A stretch of 63,978 nucleotides of DNA, counting the filler, from Stramenopiles sp. TOSAG23-3 (Eukaryota), in NCBI GenBank assembly GCA_900128585.1. It is 3 parts of 3 records of this genome, joined end to end, with 100 filler letters (N's around TTAATTAATTAA, not from the genome) between each part and the next. Parts side by side here need not be neighbours in the genome. Positions count along the whole stretch, not along the records: positions 1 to 21,389 come from LT642358.1; positions 21,490 to 42,856 come from LT642359.1; 1 more part is not named here. The stretch is one strand, 5' to 3'. A model generated the notes under the pieces. The model ran no database searches and was not told where the DNA came from. It worked only from the letters and a program-made list of their open reading frames with translations. Below are positions 10,911 through 21,789 of the stretch, in pieces (position 1 is the stretch's first letter; each line of letters opens with the position of its first letter). A program made the position numbers and the translations under genes.

Positions 10911-12545
10911 GCTTCGATTTTCAAACGATTCGAAAAACCGCAAGCCAATGGAGTCTTCTGACTAAACAAATTACGCAACAGGGCCTCTTGGGAATGTATT
11001 CTAAGTGGATGAAAGCCTTGATCTGTCAGCGTATATCTTAAACCTTTCACGTTATTAACTCTATCTTTGAATCAGAGTCTTGAACTGGTTTGTTTCCTCT
11101 TCAATAAAATCAATTCATCCTTCTTATTGTTTAATAATATTATAATAATTACCAGCAGAGGTATTTTTTATTATAAATAATATACACCAGCATAGTATAG
11201 GAGTAATAATAAAAAAAATGATGCTTTTTTTTTTTTTAATCATATTTTATTAGACTATGGTATTATTTTTTATTATTATTACAGCAGTTTTCGTAGTACT
11301 GTGTCGTATAGTACATAAATATATTATTTATTTTTAATTTTTTTTATTAGCTAATAATTATTATACTACAGAGTACAATAGAAGAATCCACAATGCACGT
11401 AACAATTTATAATTCTTCTTATTCCTAATGCATTATTTAATTATTATATATTTAAACAAGCACACAATACTGAAACAACAGTGTCAGAGAGTGACGACGA
11501 CAACTGAGAAATAAATAATTAATTACTAACAAAGCTCGCTTTTAATCTGCCCCTCTTCTGGTAGTGATAATATATATTTGGTATATATCACTGTGTTCCC
11601 TAATTTATTTATCATGCCATTGTTAACTGTTTCGAAAAAGAAGACTCGAGTACTACAAATAACGTAGTATTGATTCTGAATTTGCAGTTATTTTTTTATA
11701 CGAAACAAACAGGAACCTGGTATTGCAAAAAATGCAAATTAATTGATTGAATGTCGTGAGCTGAAAGTACGTACGGGAAACAGCGTCAGATTTTCTAAGA
11801 TTTTCAGATGCATAGATCAATCTGAATGATCATTATTTTTAATTATTTAATTTAAGAAAGCAAAGTACATGGTAATTTTTGAATTTTCTTATAATAGTGT
11901 TCTCCTGTCGGAAAAAATTTATTATTCAAAGAGTAAAACGAAAATCTTGGTCTTCATACACTGTAGTATTCTATAAAGTTTTGTTCTTGAAGTCCGTTCT
12001 GTATTAGCTGTAGACTAATTTTTATAGAGAGAGAGGTAAAGTTAGAATCCTTTTTGCACGGAGGGAGGATGAGTCAGAACGAAGGCGGTGGCAGGTGGCA
12101 GGCATTAATAGTAACAGGCGACAGCCAAACAACGAGCAACGAACAATTGGAAAGAAATGCAACCGATTATTTTAATTTTAATCAGAAGAATAATACTGAA
12201 ATTTCATTTTTTATTTATTTCAATGTACGTTCCCTCTATTTACCCTTTGGATAGCATCAAGCGTTCAAAAAAAAAATGATGTTGTTGTTTTTAATCAACA
12301 AGTACAGCAGGTCAGAGCATCAACAACAACAACAATAATAAAAACAGGAAGGTAGCAGGAAGCAGCAACTGACAACTGATGACCGAGGAGGAGCTGTTTT
12401 GCCCTTTACTTTTCTGTTTCCTTCTGAGATATGTGTGGGAGTAATGATCGATAGATAAGATGACAATTTGTACAAAAGGCACTGGTCACGCCGAAGATAT
12501 ACAAACGCAAAGTTACCGAACGCTGTATTTTAACATTGTATAATA

Positions 12546-12992
12546 ATGCCGCTTACACAAGACGAAATCGATGGGTGTCGCGACGCCTTCTTAGCCTTCG
12601 ATAAAGACAGGAGTGGGACGATTGACGTTTGGGAACTAAGGCAAGTGCTTGAGGCCATGGGGCAGAAGCCAACGGAAGAAGAATTATTCCAGATGATCTC
12701 TGAGGTCGACGACAACATGAGTGGCAGTATTGATTTCGGGGAATTCTTAAAGGTTATTGAAACCCAAAAAGAACGTGCTGCCCAGTTTGACGACGAAAGT
12801 GACCTGATTGACGCTTACGTCGCCTGTGGAGGAAACCCGGACAAATCTGGGTGTGTTAGTGCAGACATGTTGATTAAGATCATCAAACATGACTTTGGGT
12901 TGACAATTGACATCGAAGAACTAATACGGGCGATTGATACAGACGGCAGTGGTGAAATCGAATTCGAAGAGTTCAAAACGCTGTTGTCGTAA
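12546..12992 (+). CDS. Calmodulin-like EF-hand protein, outer-arm dynein light chain LC4 (18 kDa) type
   Basis: EF-hands DKDRSGTIDVWE, DDNMSGSIDFGE and DTDGSGEIEFEE. The degenerate third hand DAYVACGGNPDKSG and the FGLTIDIE segment match the Chlamydomonas LC4 pattern from memory. Confidence 0.85.
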   Translation: MPLTQDEIDGCRDAFLAFDKDRSGTIDVWELRQVLEAMGQKPTEEELFQMISEVDDNMSGSIDFGEFLKVIETQKERAAQFDDESDLIDAYVACGGNPDKSGCVSADMLIKIIKHDFGLTIDIEELIRAIDTDGSGEIEFEEFKTLLS

Positions 12993-14424
12993 GCCCCATC
13001 TAATGGAACGCTCTGCTGTCGCAGCAGGTCGCACGCGTCTCTGGAACTTTTGAGGAGATGTGCGACATTATACACTCACACCGCAAGTTTTACTTTTTTA
13101 GTTTCTAAGTCTTAAAAAAAAATGTAGATAAAGTATGATAAGTTGAAATAATTTTCTTAGCGAATTTAATTGTACTAAAATGTTTTGGCGCAGATTCACA
13201 TTGATTATATATCGGTGTGTAAGTTGATTGAATCCACGCATTATTTTTTGCCTTGCTGAGGCCAGATTCGCTTTCGAATGTAGTCCGTGCCTAACTAGTT
13301 TTCGCTCGAAAATTCAACATTAGAATTTTTACTTAAAAACTCCGAAAATGCGTAAATGTAATGCTCTTTTTTTATTTTACTTTTTATGATCTTCGCCCTT
13401 TCGCGGCTTTTGACCCTGTCGGGCCAGTGCTTAACTTTAAGTATCAAAATTATGTTAGTACGGTGCCAAATTTTATAAATAAAAGCCATTATTTTGTTTC
13501 GAAAAAAGGGGGGGAGAGTACACAAGAGAATAATAGTCCAGGCTAAATGACCAGAGTAAACTGGTTCTGAAAATCACAGGAGCAGGGATAACTTCGCAGT
13601 GCGTGAAGGAAGCAAAACTTTAATGGGCATAAGGAGCAGAAATACATTCGTGGTACATGAAGATCAATTTTAAATGCATAAATAACAGCCAATCTTTTGT
13701 TTTTAAAAATGGGGGAAAGCGGGAAAATGGGAAAACGGAGCCTCCTCTTATCCAAAATACATACACCTCTCTGAAATCGGGTATATTGTTTTCTTGAGCC
13801 GTGAGCTAAATACTTGTTTCGTGCCATCTTGAGTGGCGGGGAGAGAGTAGGTGAACTGGTGCCTTTACCTTAAATTTAACTCTACACACACGACATGTAC
13901 AAAAACACGACATTCTGTGAATTAATAATATTGTAAAAGAAGACTTAAACAACCAAATATTAGGGAAAGTTTATACCACTCACCTTTTCGCTTATATTTT
14001 ATAAAATGAAAAACGTACTAAGCATTTTATTTTTGCGTTTATTTTCAACAATGTTTTTTAACGCACTGCCGCCCAAACGTATGTGGGGTGACAGTCCATC
14101 AGATGGCCTTAACGATCAGAAGGGTAAATCACCCCCGACTGTAACACTAAACTTGCAAAAAAAGTATAACTTGAGACAATGGTGGGTCAAAAGAGTTTCG
14201 AGGGAAATAATTAATTTTGAAGGACGTGCACAAAAGCGAAAAAGATAAGAAGAAAAAGAAAAAAAATGCGAAAAGAAAATTGAGACCTAGAAAGAAACAA
14301 AAAATAACCTATAAGGTCCTTTTTACACAATAAAAACTAGGAGAATTAGGTTTTTTTTATCCACTTCTTACTTAATTAAAAAAAGACAAAATCTGAATTA
14401 ATTTAGGATTTGTTTTAAATAATT

Positions 14425-14920
14425 AAAACCAAAATATATGCTCTGTTATTTACGTATTATCTAAAGTAATATAATCTTATGACTACTGAAATTTCTCCCA
14501 ATTCGTTCTAATTGCTTAATTCCTTGCACTGTAATTTGTTTTTGTCCACTAAAGTTTTACTTCCTTCTTGTACTGCGATTTGTTTGTGCTCCTTTGTTTT
14601 TCTTGAGCGATTTACTCCTATCGTTTAGTCTACACTATCTTCATCGTGTGTACTCCAGTTAACTTTATCTTCGACAATTGTGTCCTGTAACGATGCCATC
14701 AAACCCAAAATCGACTTCTTCCCTTGGTATCTCACTAACAATTGATACAGGTCTTGTCTGGTCTGTTGAACTGTGGCTTAATTGTTTTGAAGGTGCTCGT
14801 TTTCGGCTTTGTAATGTCGTTCAAGGAATTATTAGTATTGGGTTGGGATTGCGGGGAAGTGTCGTTCGGGTCGGTACTCAGAACAATATAATTGTCATAA
14901 ACTTAAGAGATTTTCTGTTT
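14425..14920 (-). mobile_element. Longest copy of a dispersed AT-rich repeat family with a decayed ORF
   Basis: Shares segments with 17461-18060 (GTGTACTCCA, TACTGCGAA, TAGTC), 18340-18570, 21315-21380 (ACGAGCACCT.CAAAACAATTAAGCC) and 19000-19060/41003-41060 (CCAACCCAAT.CTAA). Confidence 0.6.
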
Positions 14921-14921
14921 T

Positions 14922-15432
14922 AAAAAGGAGTCTGTGGCGACTGCTATGCCCCTTTGCTGTGCATATTGCCCCTCTCGCCCTCGTGGGCACCATGTTCTAG
15001 CGTGAGGCTGGGCTGTGAACGCAGGCTGGTAAATCATCTACGCCATACTACCCTTAATCTGCGGGGATCGACCGGGTAGGGCGCTCGAAAACTGCGAACT
15101 TTCGGGCTACACACCGCAAGGGACCAGAAAAATGCCTCTGACAGGAAGAGCAATGCAGCAGCACGGTCAAAACCCTTTTGGAAAACGCTCGCTCGGCATG
15201 TTTTAGGAACAATAAGTGATGGGATCTCCGGGAGAGTACGGGAGGGTGGTGGACGAGCAGGTTGATGAAAGGTGCGGCAAGGCACACAGCGACAAACACC
15301 ACAGTTTGCTGCTCCAGTGGCAGTAAGGGAGACAGAAGGGAGGTCGGGGTACAGATAAAATGTCAAAAAACTACAAGCGGCTAAATCATCTACAGTAAAA
15401 TGTAGTCCCAAACAAACAGATAAAGACTCCCT
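14922..15432 (-). ncRNA. Candidate structured RNA or long structured 3' UTR downstream of NDUFS5
   Basis: GC-rich non-coding block in AT-rich surroundings. The ends GGAGUCU/AGACUCC are complementary and followed by UUUUU, with internal hairpins. Confidence 0.35.
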
Positions 15433-15533
15433 TACTACTCTCTGGCGTGGTCGGGAGTGACGGCTTCGACGAGCGTGAGTAGCGCTGGAAGATTAATAAA
15501 AAGCCCCACCCCTGTAAACCTTGGCCGTCGCTA

Positions 15534-15764
15534 TTAGTGTCCTCCTCCACCACTGCCGTCGGCAGAATTGTCTGCATTCTGCCTTTCAATTTGAATCCTG
15601 TTTATTCGACTAAACTCCTTTTTATGATGCAAACATTCCGTGTAATCTTCGCGAAGGTTCCTACACTCTTTTGGACTCCCAGCGTTGGTCATGCAGTCAC
15701 TAAAGTCACGCCAAAAGGGGTAGCACCGTCCGGTACGCCCTCGAACTCCGAAACCTGATGCCAT
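15534..15764 (-). CDS. NDUFS5: NADH:ubiquinone oxidoreductase 15-kDa iron-sulfur subunit 5 (twin CX9C)
   Basis: [24 protein letters not shown]...[18 protein letters not shown], the plant/fungal-type NDUFS5 signature. Confidence 0.93.
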   Translation of the reverse strand: MASGFGVRGRTGRCYPFWRDFSDCMTNAGSPKECRNLREDYTECLHHKKEFSRINRIQIERQNADNSADGSGGGGH

Positions 15765-16123
15765 CTTCTCTGCGGTTGGGGTTTACTTTCTTGTTATTTT
15801 ACTTAAAATAAGCACTTCTGTTAATTCTTGCTTATTGGCTTGTTGGGCAGCTATGAAATGATAATTCTGCTCCGTCACACACATTTCCTACTGTGAACAA
15901 TAAAGGAAAACTCTATTATAATTATTTCACTTTATTATTAGGTAGTGACTCTTCCTCCTGTTTTTCTTCCTCGTATAAATAATGTACACTGTACTCGTAG
16001 TACAATAGGAGAACCGAACGGAACGGGTATTAATACGGGAACAACTGTACACAGGCAAAATTCCAAGTTATAAGAGTGAGTGGATAAAAAAAATATTTTT
16101 CGTGGATTGCTACTGTACAGTAC

Positions 16124-16330
16124 TATTGTACTTTGCACGATTAGGGGGGGGGGGGGTGATGCTGTGTTTATATTCCCTCATCCCTAACATTATATTGTAT
16201 GCTCTGATTATACTGTAAACGTAATAATATACACACAGCATTAAACAAGTTGGAAAAAAATGTGAAAAAAAGGTGTGTGCACGCCGAGAGGTACCCCCCC
16301 CCCTGTCAGCTAATCGTGCAAAGTACAATA
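16124..16330. mobile_element. MITE-like element, 207 bp, with perfect 21-bp terminal inverted repeats
   Basis: TATTGTACTTTGCACGATTAG (16124-16144) and CTAATCGTGCAAAGTACAATA (16310-16330), with internal G-run/C-run. The outer TA could be the target-site duplication. Confidence 0.8.
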
Positions 16331-16765
16331 CCGGTAGACGGAGGAGTACGAACGAAAAAAGAAATATTTTATTATAATTATACTGTATCTTATTATTTTT
16401 TTACAAATTCATTTTATAGATAAAACACAGCGTTGCGGTATGGGTACCGACCGTTTAGTAATGAATTGCGTATTCTCAATAGTTGTCATAGGAAATGTGT
16501 GGTAATAATATTTTTTTATTATTTATTTATTATTATGATGATGTTGTGTTGTGAGATGATATTATTATTATTCTCCTCCTCCTCTTCTTCTTTTTTTCTT
16601 CTTCTTTTTTTCACTCCCGCCACTAAAACTAAAAGAACAGAAATAAATAAACTGTTCTGACATCACTGATGAACAAATATATTTATCACATGTGTAGAGT
16701 TTGCTATTTAAAACCATCGTTCATAGTGCATAGCGTATTTTCCTACACAACGCAGAATTTTTCAG

Positions 16766-17452
16766 ATGGACGCGTTGATCCAAAGGATTGCGACTGTCGA
16801 GAGGAAAGAGAAGGAAACTGCTGATGATAAAAACCTCCTCCACCGTGCAGTCGCTGCAGCAATAAAGGATTGTATGATTGAGAGCATTCGGAGAAACGAA
16901 GACCTGGATAATGCAATGGCGGCATTTCAAAGAAGAGAAGACAGCATGAATACGTCGACTGAAAACTTGAAGTCAAAAGTTAAGTCAAATACGGACGAAG
17001 TTGAACGTCTATCACGACAAGTGCGTTGTTTGACGGAAGCCTTGAAGGAAAAAACAGATCAGAGGGAAATGGGGAGCGCTATTTCAATGTTGCAACAAAG
17101 GGATGAGATATTGGAGAAGAAGCACAATAAAGTATTGGGAGAGATCAGCGCAAGTCAGGAACAAATCGCCAACGTTTATGATACGTTTCAAACTATTCAA
17201 AAACAATTTGAAACGTTGTCAATGACGATAAAGTCGATAGAATCCCGATTTGTGGAGAGTGCCAAAAGTAGCCGAGCCGAGAGGGAGCCGTTGCCGGCGA
17301 AAATCGTGGAGCAATTCCCACACACACCACCACCCTACAAATTGCTGGAAGCTTCTTACATCGATCAGAAAAAGTTAGAGGTAGGTGCCGCCCTTCAAGA
17401 GATAAATAATTTGCAAAAAGTGTTTTCCAGGAGAAGATGGAAGGGTCATTAG
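16766..17452 (+). CDS. Uncharacterised coiled-coil protein
   Basis: 228-aa ORF with heptad-like E/K/Q/L composition and coding-like GC. No family recognised. Confidence 0.7.
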   Translation: MDALIQRIATVERKEKETADDKNLLHRAVAAAIKDCMIESIRRNEDLDNAMAAFQRREDSMNTSTENLKSKVKSNTDEVERLSRQVRCLTEALKEKTDQREMGSAISMLQQRDEILEKKHNKVLGEISASQEQIANVYDTFQTIQKQFETLSMTIKSIESRFVESAKSSRAEREPLPAKIVEQFPHTPPPYKLLEASYIDQKKLEVGAALQEINNLQKVFSRRRWKGH

Positions 17453-17460
17453 AAACTCCA

Positions 17461-19135
17461 CGAATTCCATTTTTGGCAACAGCATTTTATGATGAACTTC
17501 AAAATGAAAAATTGGCTGTTATTTTTTTTTTTAACAAGAAAATTGGCTGTTATTTAATGTAAATTAAAACAAGAAAATTGGCTGTTATTTAGTAATTAAA
17601 TTTAGCTTCGTCGTACCCTAATCCTAACTTGGTTCTGTAAATGTAAATTAAAATTAATGTGCTGCGAACTGAACTCTACTGGTGTGATTTTAGTAATCAA
17701 TATACCCTCGTCACTTAGTCGTGACTATCAAAATTTTCATAAAATGTACTCCATATTATATATGCATGATTAAAAGTTATCTTACTACGAATTCCATTTT
17801 TGGCAACGGCATTATATGATGAACTTAAAAATGAAAAATTGGCTGATATTTCAAGTATAATTAAAATTTATCTTCTTCATATACTGCGAAGTTATCTCTG
17901 CTCCTGAGATTTTACTAATCAATAATACCCTTGTCACCTAGTCTTGATTATCATTCTCGTGTGTACTCCATGCATGATCCGAATCGGTGTGCGGAATTGC
18001 ATCAATGTCAGAAGACCCGTACTCAACTACCTCCTCCGATGTCTCACTCGTAAATGAATCAACTTAAAAGGATATTTTTTCGTTCTTGGACGAGTTTACC
18101 CGATTTCTGGAAAGTACACTTGCTTATGTATGTGTACGCAAACATGTAAATATTATAGAACACATCCTGAAAAATGTTATTTTTCTGATTTCCAGAATGT
18201 GGAAGGTGGAAGGTGGAGGTTGCGTTCTTGGACAGTTTACCCCCTCCTTATTTAAAAAAAAAAACCAATTCATAAATACCTCAATAACAGCCATTATTTT
18301 GTCTAGTAGGAATTAAGAACAAAGGCAAAGAAACATTTTTAAAAACAAAATAAAATGGCTGTTATTTAAAGTAATTCAAAACTGTATGTCCAGTAAAGTA
18401 AAGTTTTACTTCCTTCATGTACTGCGAATTTATTTCTGCCCCTGCTGTGGTTTTTTTGTTAAAAACAAAAAATTGGCTGTTATTTAAGGCAATTAAAATT
18501 TTTCTTTCCTCGTGTACTGCAAACTTAGTTTTTTTAATCAGTTTACTCTTGTCATTTAGTCTTCAACATTTTTTGTTTTTAATTTAGATTAGATTAAGTT
18601 TAATGTCTCTGATATATAAATAACAGCATTATATTTTTGTCATTGCAAAAGGAAGGATGAATTGGAAATTTCAGCAGGCATGTAACTTAAACAAGAAAAT
18701 TGGCTGTTATATAACTTGAAAACGAAAAATTGGCTGTTATTAAAACAAAAAATTGGCTGTTGTTAAATATAACTTTAGATTAGTAAAAACAAAAAATTGG
18801 CCGTTATTAAGTAATTAAAATTCATGTACTGCTGCGAACTTATCTTCAATAACAGCTTATGTTTTGTTTTAAGTTAAAGTTTAATTTAATTTAGATAAGC
18901 TGAATTACCCATAGGTTTTTTTTCTTCTCGTATATTTGTTCTAAAGCATACTATATATAACAAATTTATAAATTATATATTGTAGTATGCTTTATTATTA
19001 AGACTCTCATTTTATTATAACTCAATTACGATTTCGGTTCCAACCCAATCCTAACTTGATTTTTATTTTGTTTCGTTGATGATTGTCACAATCACTGATG
19101 AGGAGTTATATTCCAATGAACAATTACTACCAAGT
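17461..19135. repeat. Cluster of degenerate direct and inverted copies of the dispersed repeat (AAAACAAGAAAATTGGCTGTTATTT core)
   Basis: Units start at 17461 and 17788 (CGAATTCCATTTTTGGCAAC). About ten TTGGCTGTTA-type cores lie between 17510 and 18810, with an inverted core at ~18283. Confidence 0.85.
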
Positions 19136-19194
19136 GATCTGTAATCAACAAATCGCACTTGGAGAATCAATCGTCTCTTTATTACAAAAACTCG

Positions 19195-19567
19195 AACAGC
19201 GGCTAGATTTGTTTTTTTATTGCCTGGATATGTTCGACTCTTGCGATGTTGGGGGGGGGAGATTACCAGCGTCTCTGGAATTTGGCACATCATCCCTAGA
19301 GTTCAAACAGCGGCTAGATTTGTTTTTTGATTGCCTGGATCTGTTCGACTCTTGCGATGTTGTGGGGGGTAGATTATCAGCGTCTCTGAAATTTGGAAAC
19401 TCCAGTAGGTGAAACACTCGGTTACATTCAGCGGAGGTACCTGTAGAATCCATTTCCACATCATCCCTAGAGTTCAAACAGCGGCTAGATTAGTTTTTTG
19501 ATTGCCTGGATCTGTTCGACTCTTGCAATGTTGGAGGGGATAGATTATCAGCGTCCCTGGAGTTTGG
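19195..19567. repeat. Three copies of a ~111-bp tandem unit, formerly coding on the minus strand
   Basis: AACAGCGGCTAGATT starts at 19195, 19306 and 19477 (spacings 111 and 171, both multiples of 3). Minus-strand peptide is PNSRDAxNLxPxTxQESNxSRQ. Confidence 0.9.
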
Positions 19568-19637
19568 TCCAAGTTTTAGAGACTCTGGCAGGCGATTCAC
19601 TGCAATTTCTACTGGTCCATTTGAGTTTCAATTTCCT

Positions 19638-20930
19638 TCACTTGTCAAATTCAAACAATCGCTTTGTCAGCTCTTCAACTGCTACCTCTCTGTCAATGTC
19701 ATATAATTGGTTCATTACGCCTTGTCTTATCTTACTAGATTGCATCTGTAGTTTTATCTGCCGTCCGAGTTCTCGTTGATATTCATCGCGGCTATAGTGC
19801 TCTGCTGCCGCTGTCCAACTGTACCCCCCCGATTTTTTCAAGGTGACTTTTGTCGTACCTCCACTTTCCATTTGAGAGACTAGTTTGCGATGCTTTAAAT
19901 ATTTGGGCCTGATTTTTTCTACACCTTTTGCAATTTTTGAGTTAAATTTTCGGATGGGGAAATCATTTTTTGCTGTTACACATCGTTCTGGCATTATTTT
20001 CGATTCTTTTTTCCTAACCGACGGCTGGCGAACAACACGATACTTCAAATGTGTTCCGGGACCATAAGTTGCAGATGTTTGTTCGTTTGTACGTTTGTTG
20101 ATTTGTATTTGAGTTTTAGGCAACGTTGTTATAATGTACAGGCTTGGTTCCGCCTCGGGACCTAAAGGGCGTTCATCACCGTTGGTGCATGCACAATCTC
20201 TCTCAGAGGGTTTGGAAAAGTTCTTGTCGTGATTAAATTTTTCCTCTGTGAGATCATCGAATCTCAAGGGTGAAATAACTTTTATTCCTCCCAAACCTAA
20301 TGCAATCCTTCCCCCCATTCGTTCTTTCCCCCTTCGAGACACGATTGCTTGAGTGCTTATTTTGGGCACCTGAATTGGGCGGTGCCATATTTTCGAAACA
20401 CCGTTCTTTTTCGAAACTCCTTTTGAAATGGATCGCACCATTTTCCATTGACCACTGTTTAGATTTGACGAAACATCGGAAGCCCTTTCCCCTCCTTTCC
20501 TGTCTTCAAACGGTTCTTTATCTACACCATAATTTGCGCGTTGCTTTTGTACACTGTATTGAAAAAGTGGGACACTCGTATACGCGTGGCCGTACCCATT
20601 GCTGCTGCCGTAACGAAAGGAGTAAGAGTGACTTTCAGTTAGATTCACATTAAACACTAGAACACCAATCATCAACTCATGACTTTTTTTGTTTTCGTGC
20701 CGATGAATGTACTTTGCGACGGGGCTGTATTCTGTCTGTTCATCATTATCCATTAGGATAGAGCGAGACGCATCCTGTATTTGCCCCAACGTAAAGTTAC
20801 CGGTTGCGTTAAAATATATAATAATGTTCTTTCTTCTTTCCACCTCTTGGTGGAGACTCTGCCGCAACTCAATCCTGAGGACTGCGCACTTGTAATTGCT
20901 GTTATACATTGCATGGAAGGAAGTATACAT
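19638..20930 (-). CDS. Uncharacterised protein, possibly a C-terminally truncated or decaying gene
   Basis: 430-aa ORF with no recognisable family. Coding-like sequence continues past the TGA with stops and a frameshift. Confidence 0.65.
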   Translation of the reverse strand: MYTSFHAMYNSNYKCAVLRIELRQSLHQEVERRKNIIIYFNATGNFTLGQIQDASRSILMDNDEQTEYSPVAKYIHRHENKKSHELMIGVLVFNVNLTESHSYSFRYGSSNGYGHAYTSVPLFQYSVQKQRANYGVDKEPFEDRKGGERASDVSSNLNSGQWKMVRSISKGVSKKNGVSKIWHRPIQVPKISTQAIVSRRGKERMGGRIALGLGGIKVISPLRFDDLTEEKFNHDKNFSKPSERDCACTNGDERPLGPEAEPSLYIITTLPKTQIQINKRTNEQTSATYGPGTHLKYRVVRQPSVRKKESKIMPERCVTAKNDFPIRKFNSKIAKGVEKIRPKYLKHRKLVSQMESGGTTKVTLKKSGGYSWTAAAEHYSRDEYQRELGRQIKLQMQSSKIRQGVMNQLYDIDREVAVEELTKRLFEFDK

Positions 20931-21389
20931 ATAACTTTTATCTTAGATGATATCTAAAATAAAAATTTATATATTTTGTTCTCAAAAAGCGAAAATATAA
21001 AAGAAAATTGAGACGCGGAAAAAGGAAAATTTAACCTTGGACGGTTTACAATCAAATGGAAACATTTTCTTCGTAAATTTAGATAAAAACTGGAATTTAG
21101 TTCTTTTTTTTATGATACTTCGTACTTAACAATCAAATAAAAATGGGAGAAAACACACATTTACTTTTATCATTTAGATAAAACTGAATTAAGGGGTTTT
21201 TCAACTCACTTTTGTTTTTAAAATAAAAAAATAAAATGAGCAGATTCATTTTCGCGTTACATGAGAAAGCTAAATTAAAAAAACAAGAAAATTGGCTGTT
21301 ATTGATATTAACAGATAACAACCCCTGGACCGATTTACAAGTCAGACAACGAGCACCTCAAAAACAATTAAGCCGCTGCTTGGAAAATC

Positions 21390-21489
21390 NNNNNNNNNNN
21401 NNNNNNNNNNNNNNNNNNNNNNNNNNNNNNNNNTTAATTAATTAANNNNNNNNNNNNNNNNNNNNNNNNNNNNNNNNNNNNNNNNNNNN
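21390..21489. other. Artificial scaffold spacer (44 N + TTAATTAATTAA + 44 N)
   Basis: Exactly 100 bp with a six-frame stop linker. An identical construct is at 42857-42956. Confidence 0.95.
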
Positions 21490-21789
21490 AAAAATTATGA
21501 ATATAAAAAGAATAATAAAGGAATTCATCATTATTCACATTAACCACATTAGATACGCATACATACATTATATTCAATTTATGATAGGTCAGTGAAGTCA
21601 AACAACTAATTGAGCAGTCGAACAAAAGAAAAGTCAGGCAATCACGGAAACAATAAACACTTAGAAAAACTGAGATAAACATTTTGTATTGGAACATACG
21701 CACACCCTTCATTTTTTTCCAAAATCCAAAAGGGAGTTCTCTCAGCACGCGACGGATCAGTCATATTCGTATACACTTGGAATCAAAAA

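Noticed and set aside
15029..15393. AUGA motifs as SECIS elements
   Set aside because: No apical AA at the required distance, no well-formed GA quartet helix, and NDUFS5 has no in-frame UGA.
17461..18810. Recurrent AAAATTGGCTGTTAT motif as a CRISPR-like array
   Set aside because: Spacing is irregular, copies are degenerate, intervening sequences are homologous to each other, there are no cas genes, and the context is eukaryotic.
19060..19125. CTGATGAG next to hairpins as a hammerhead ribozyme
   Set aside because: No correctly placed GAAA after stem II or closing stems, and the core is not kept in the homologous copy at 41085-41150.
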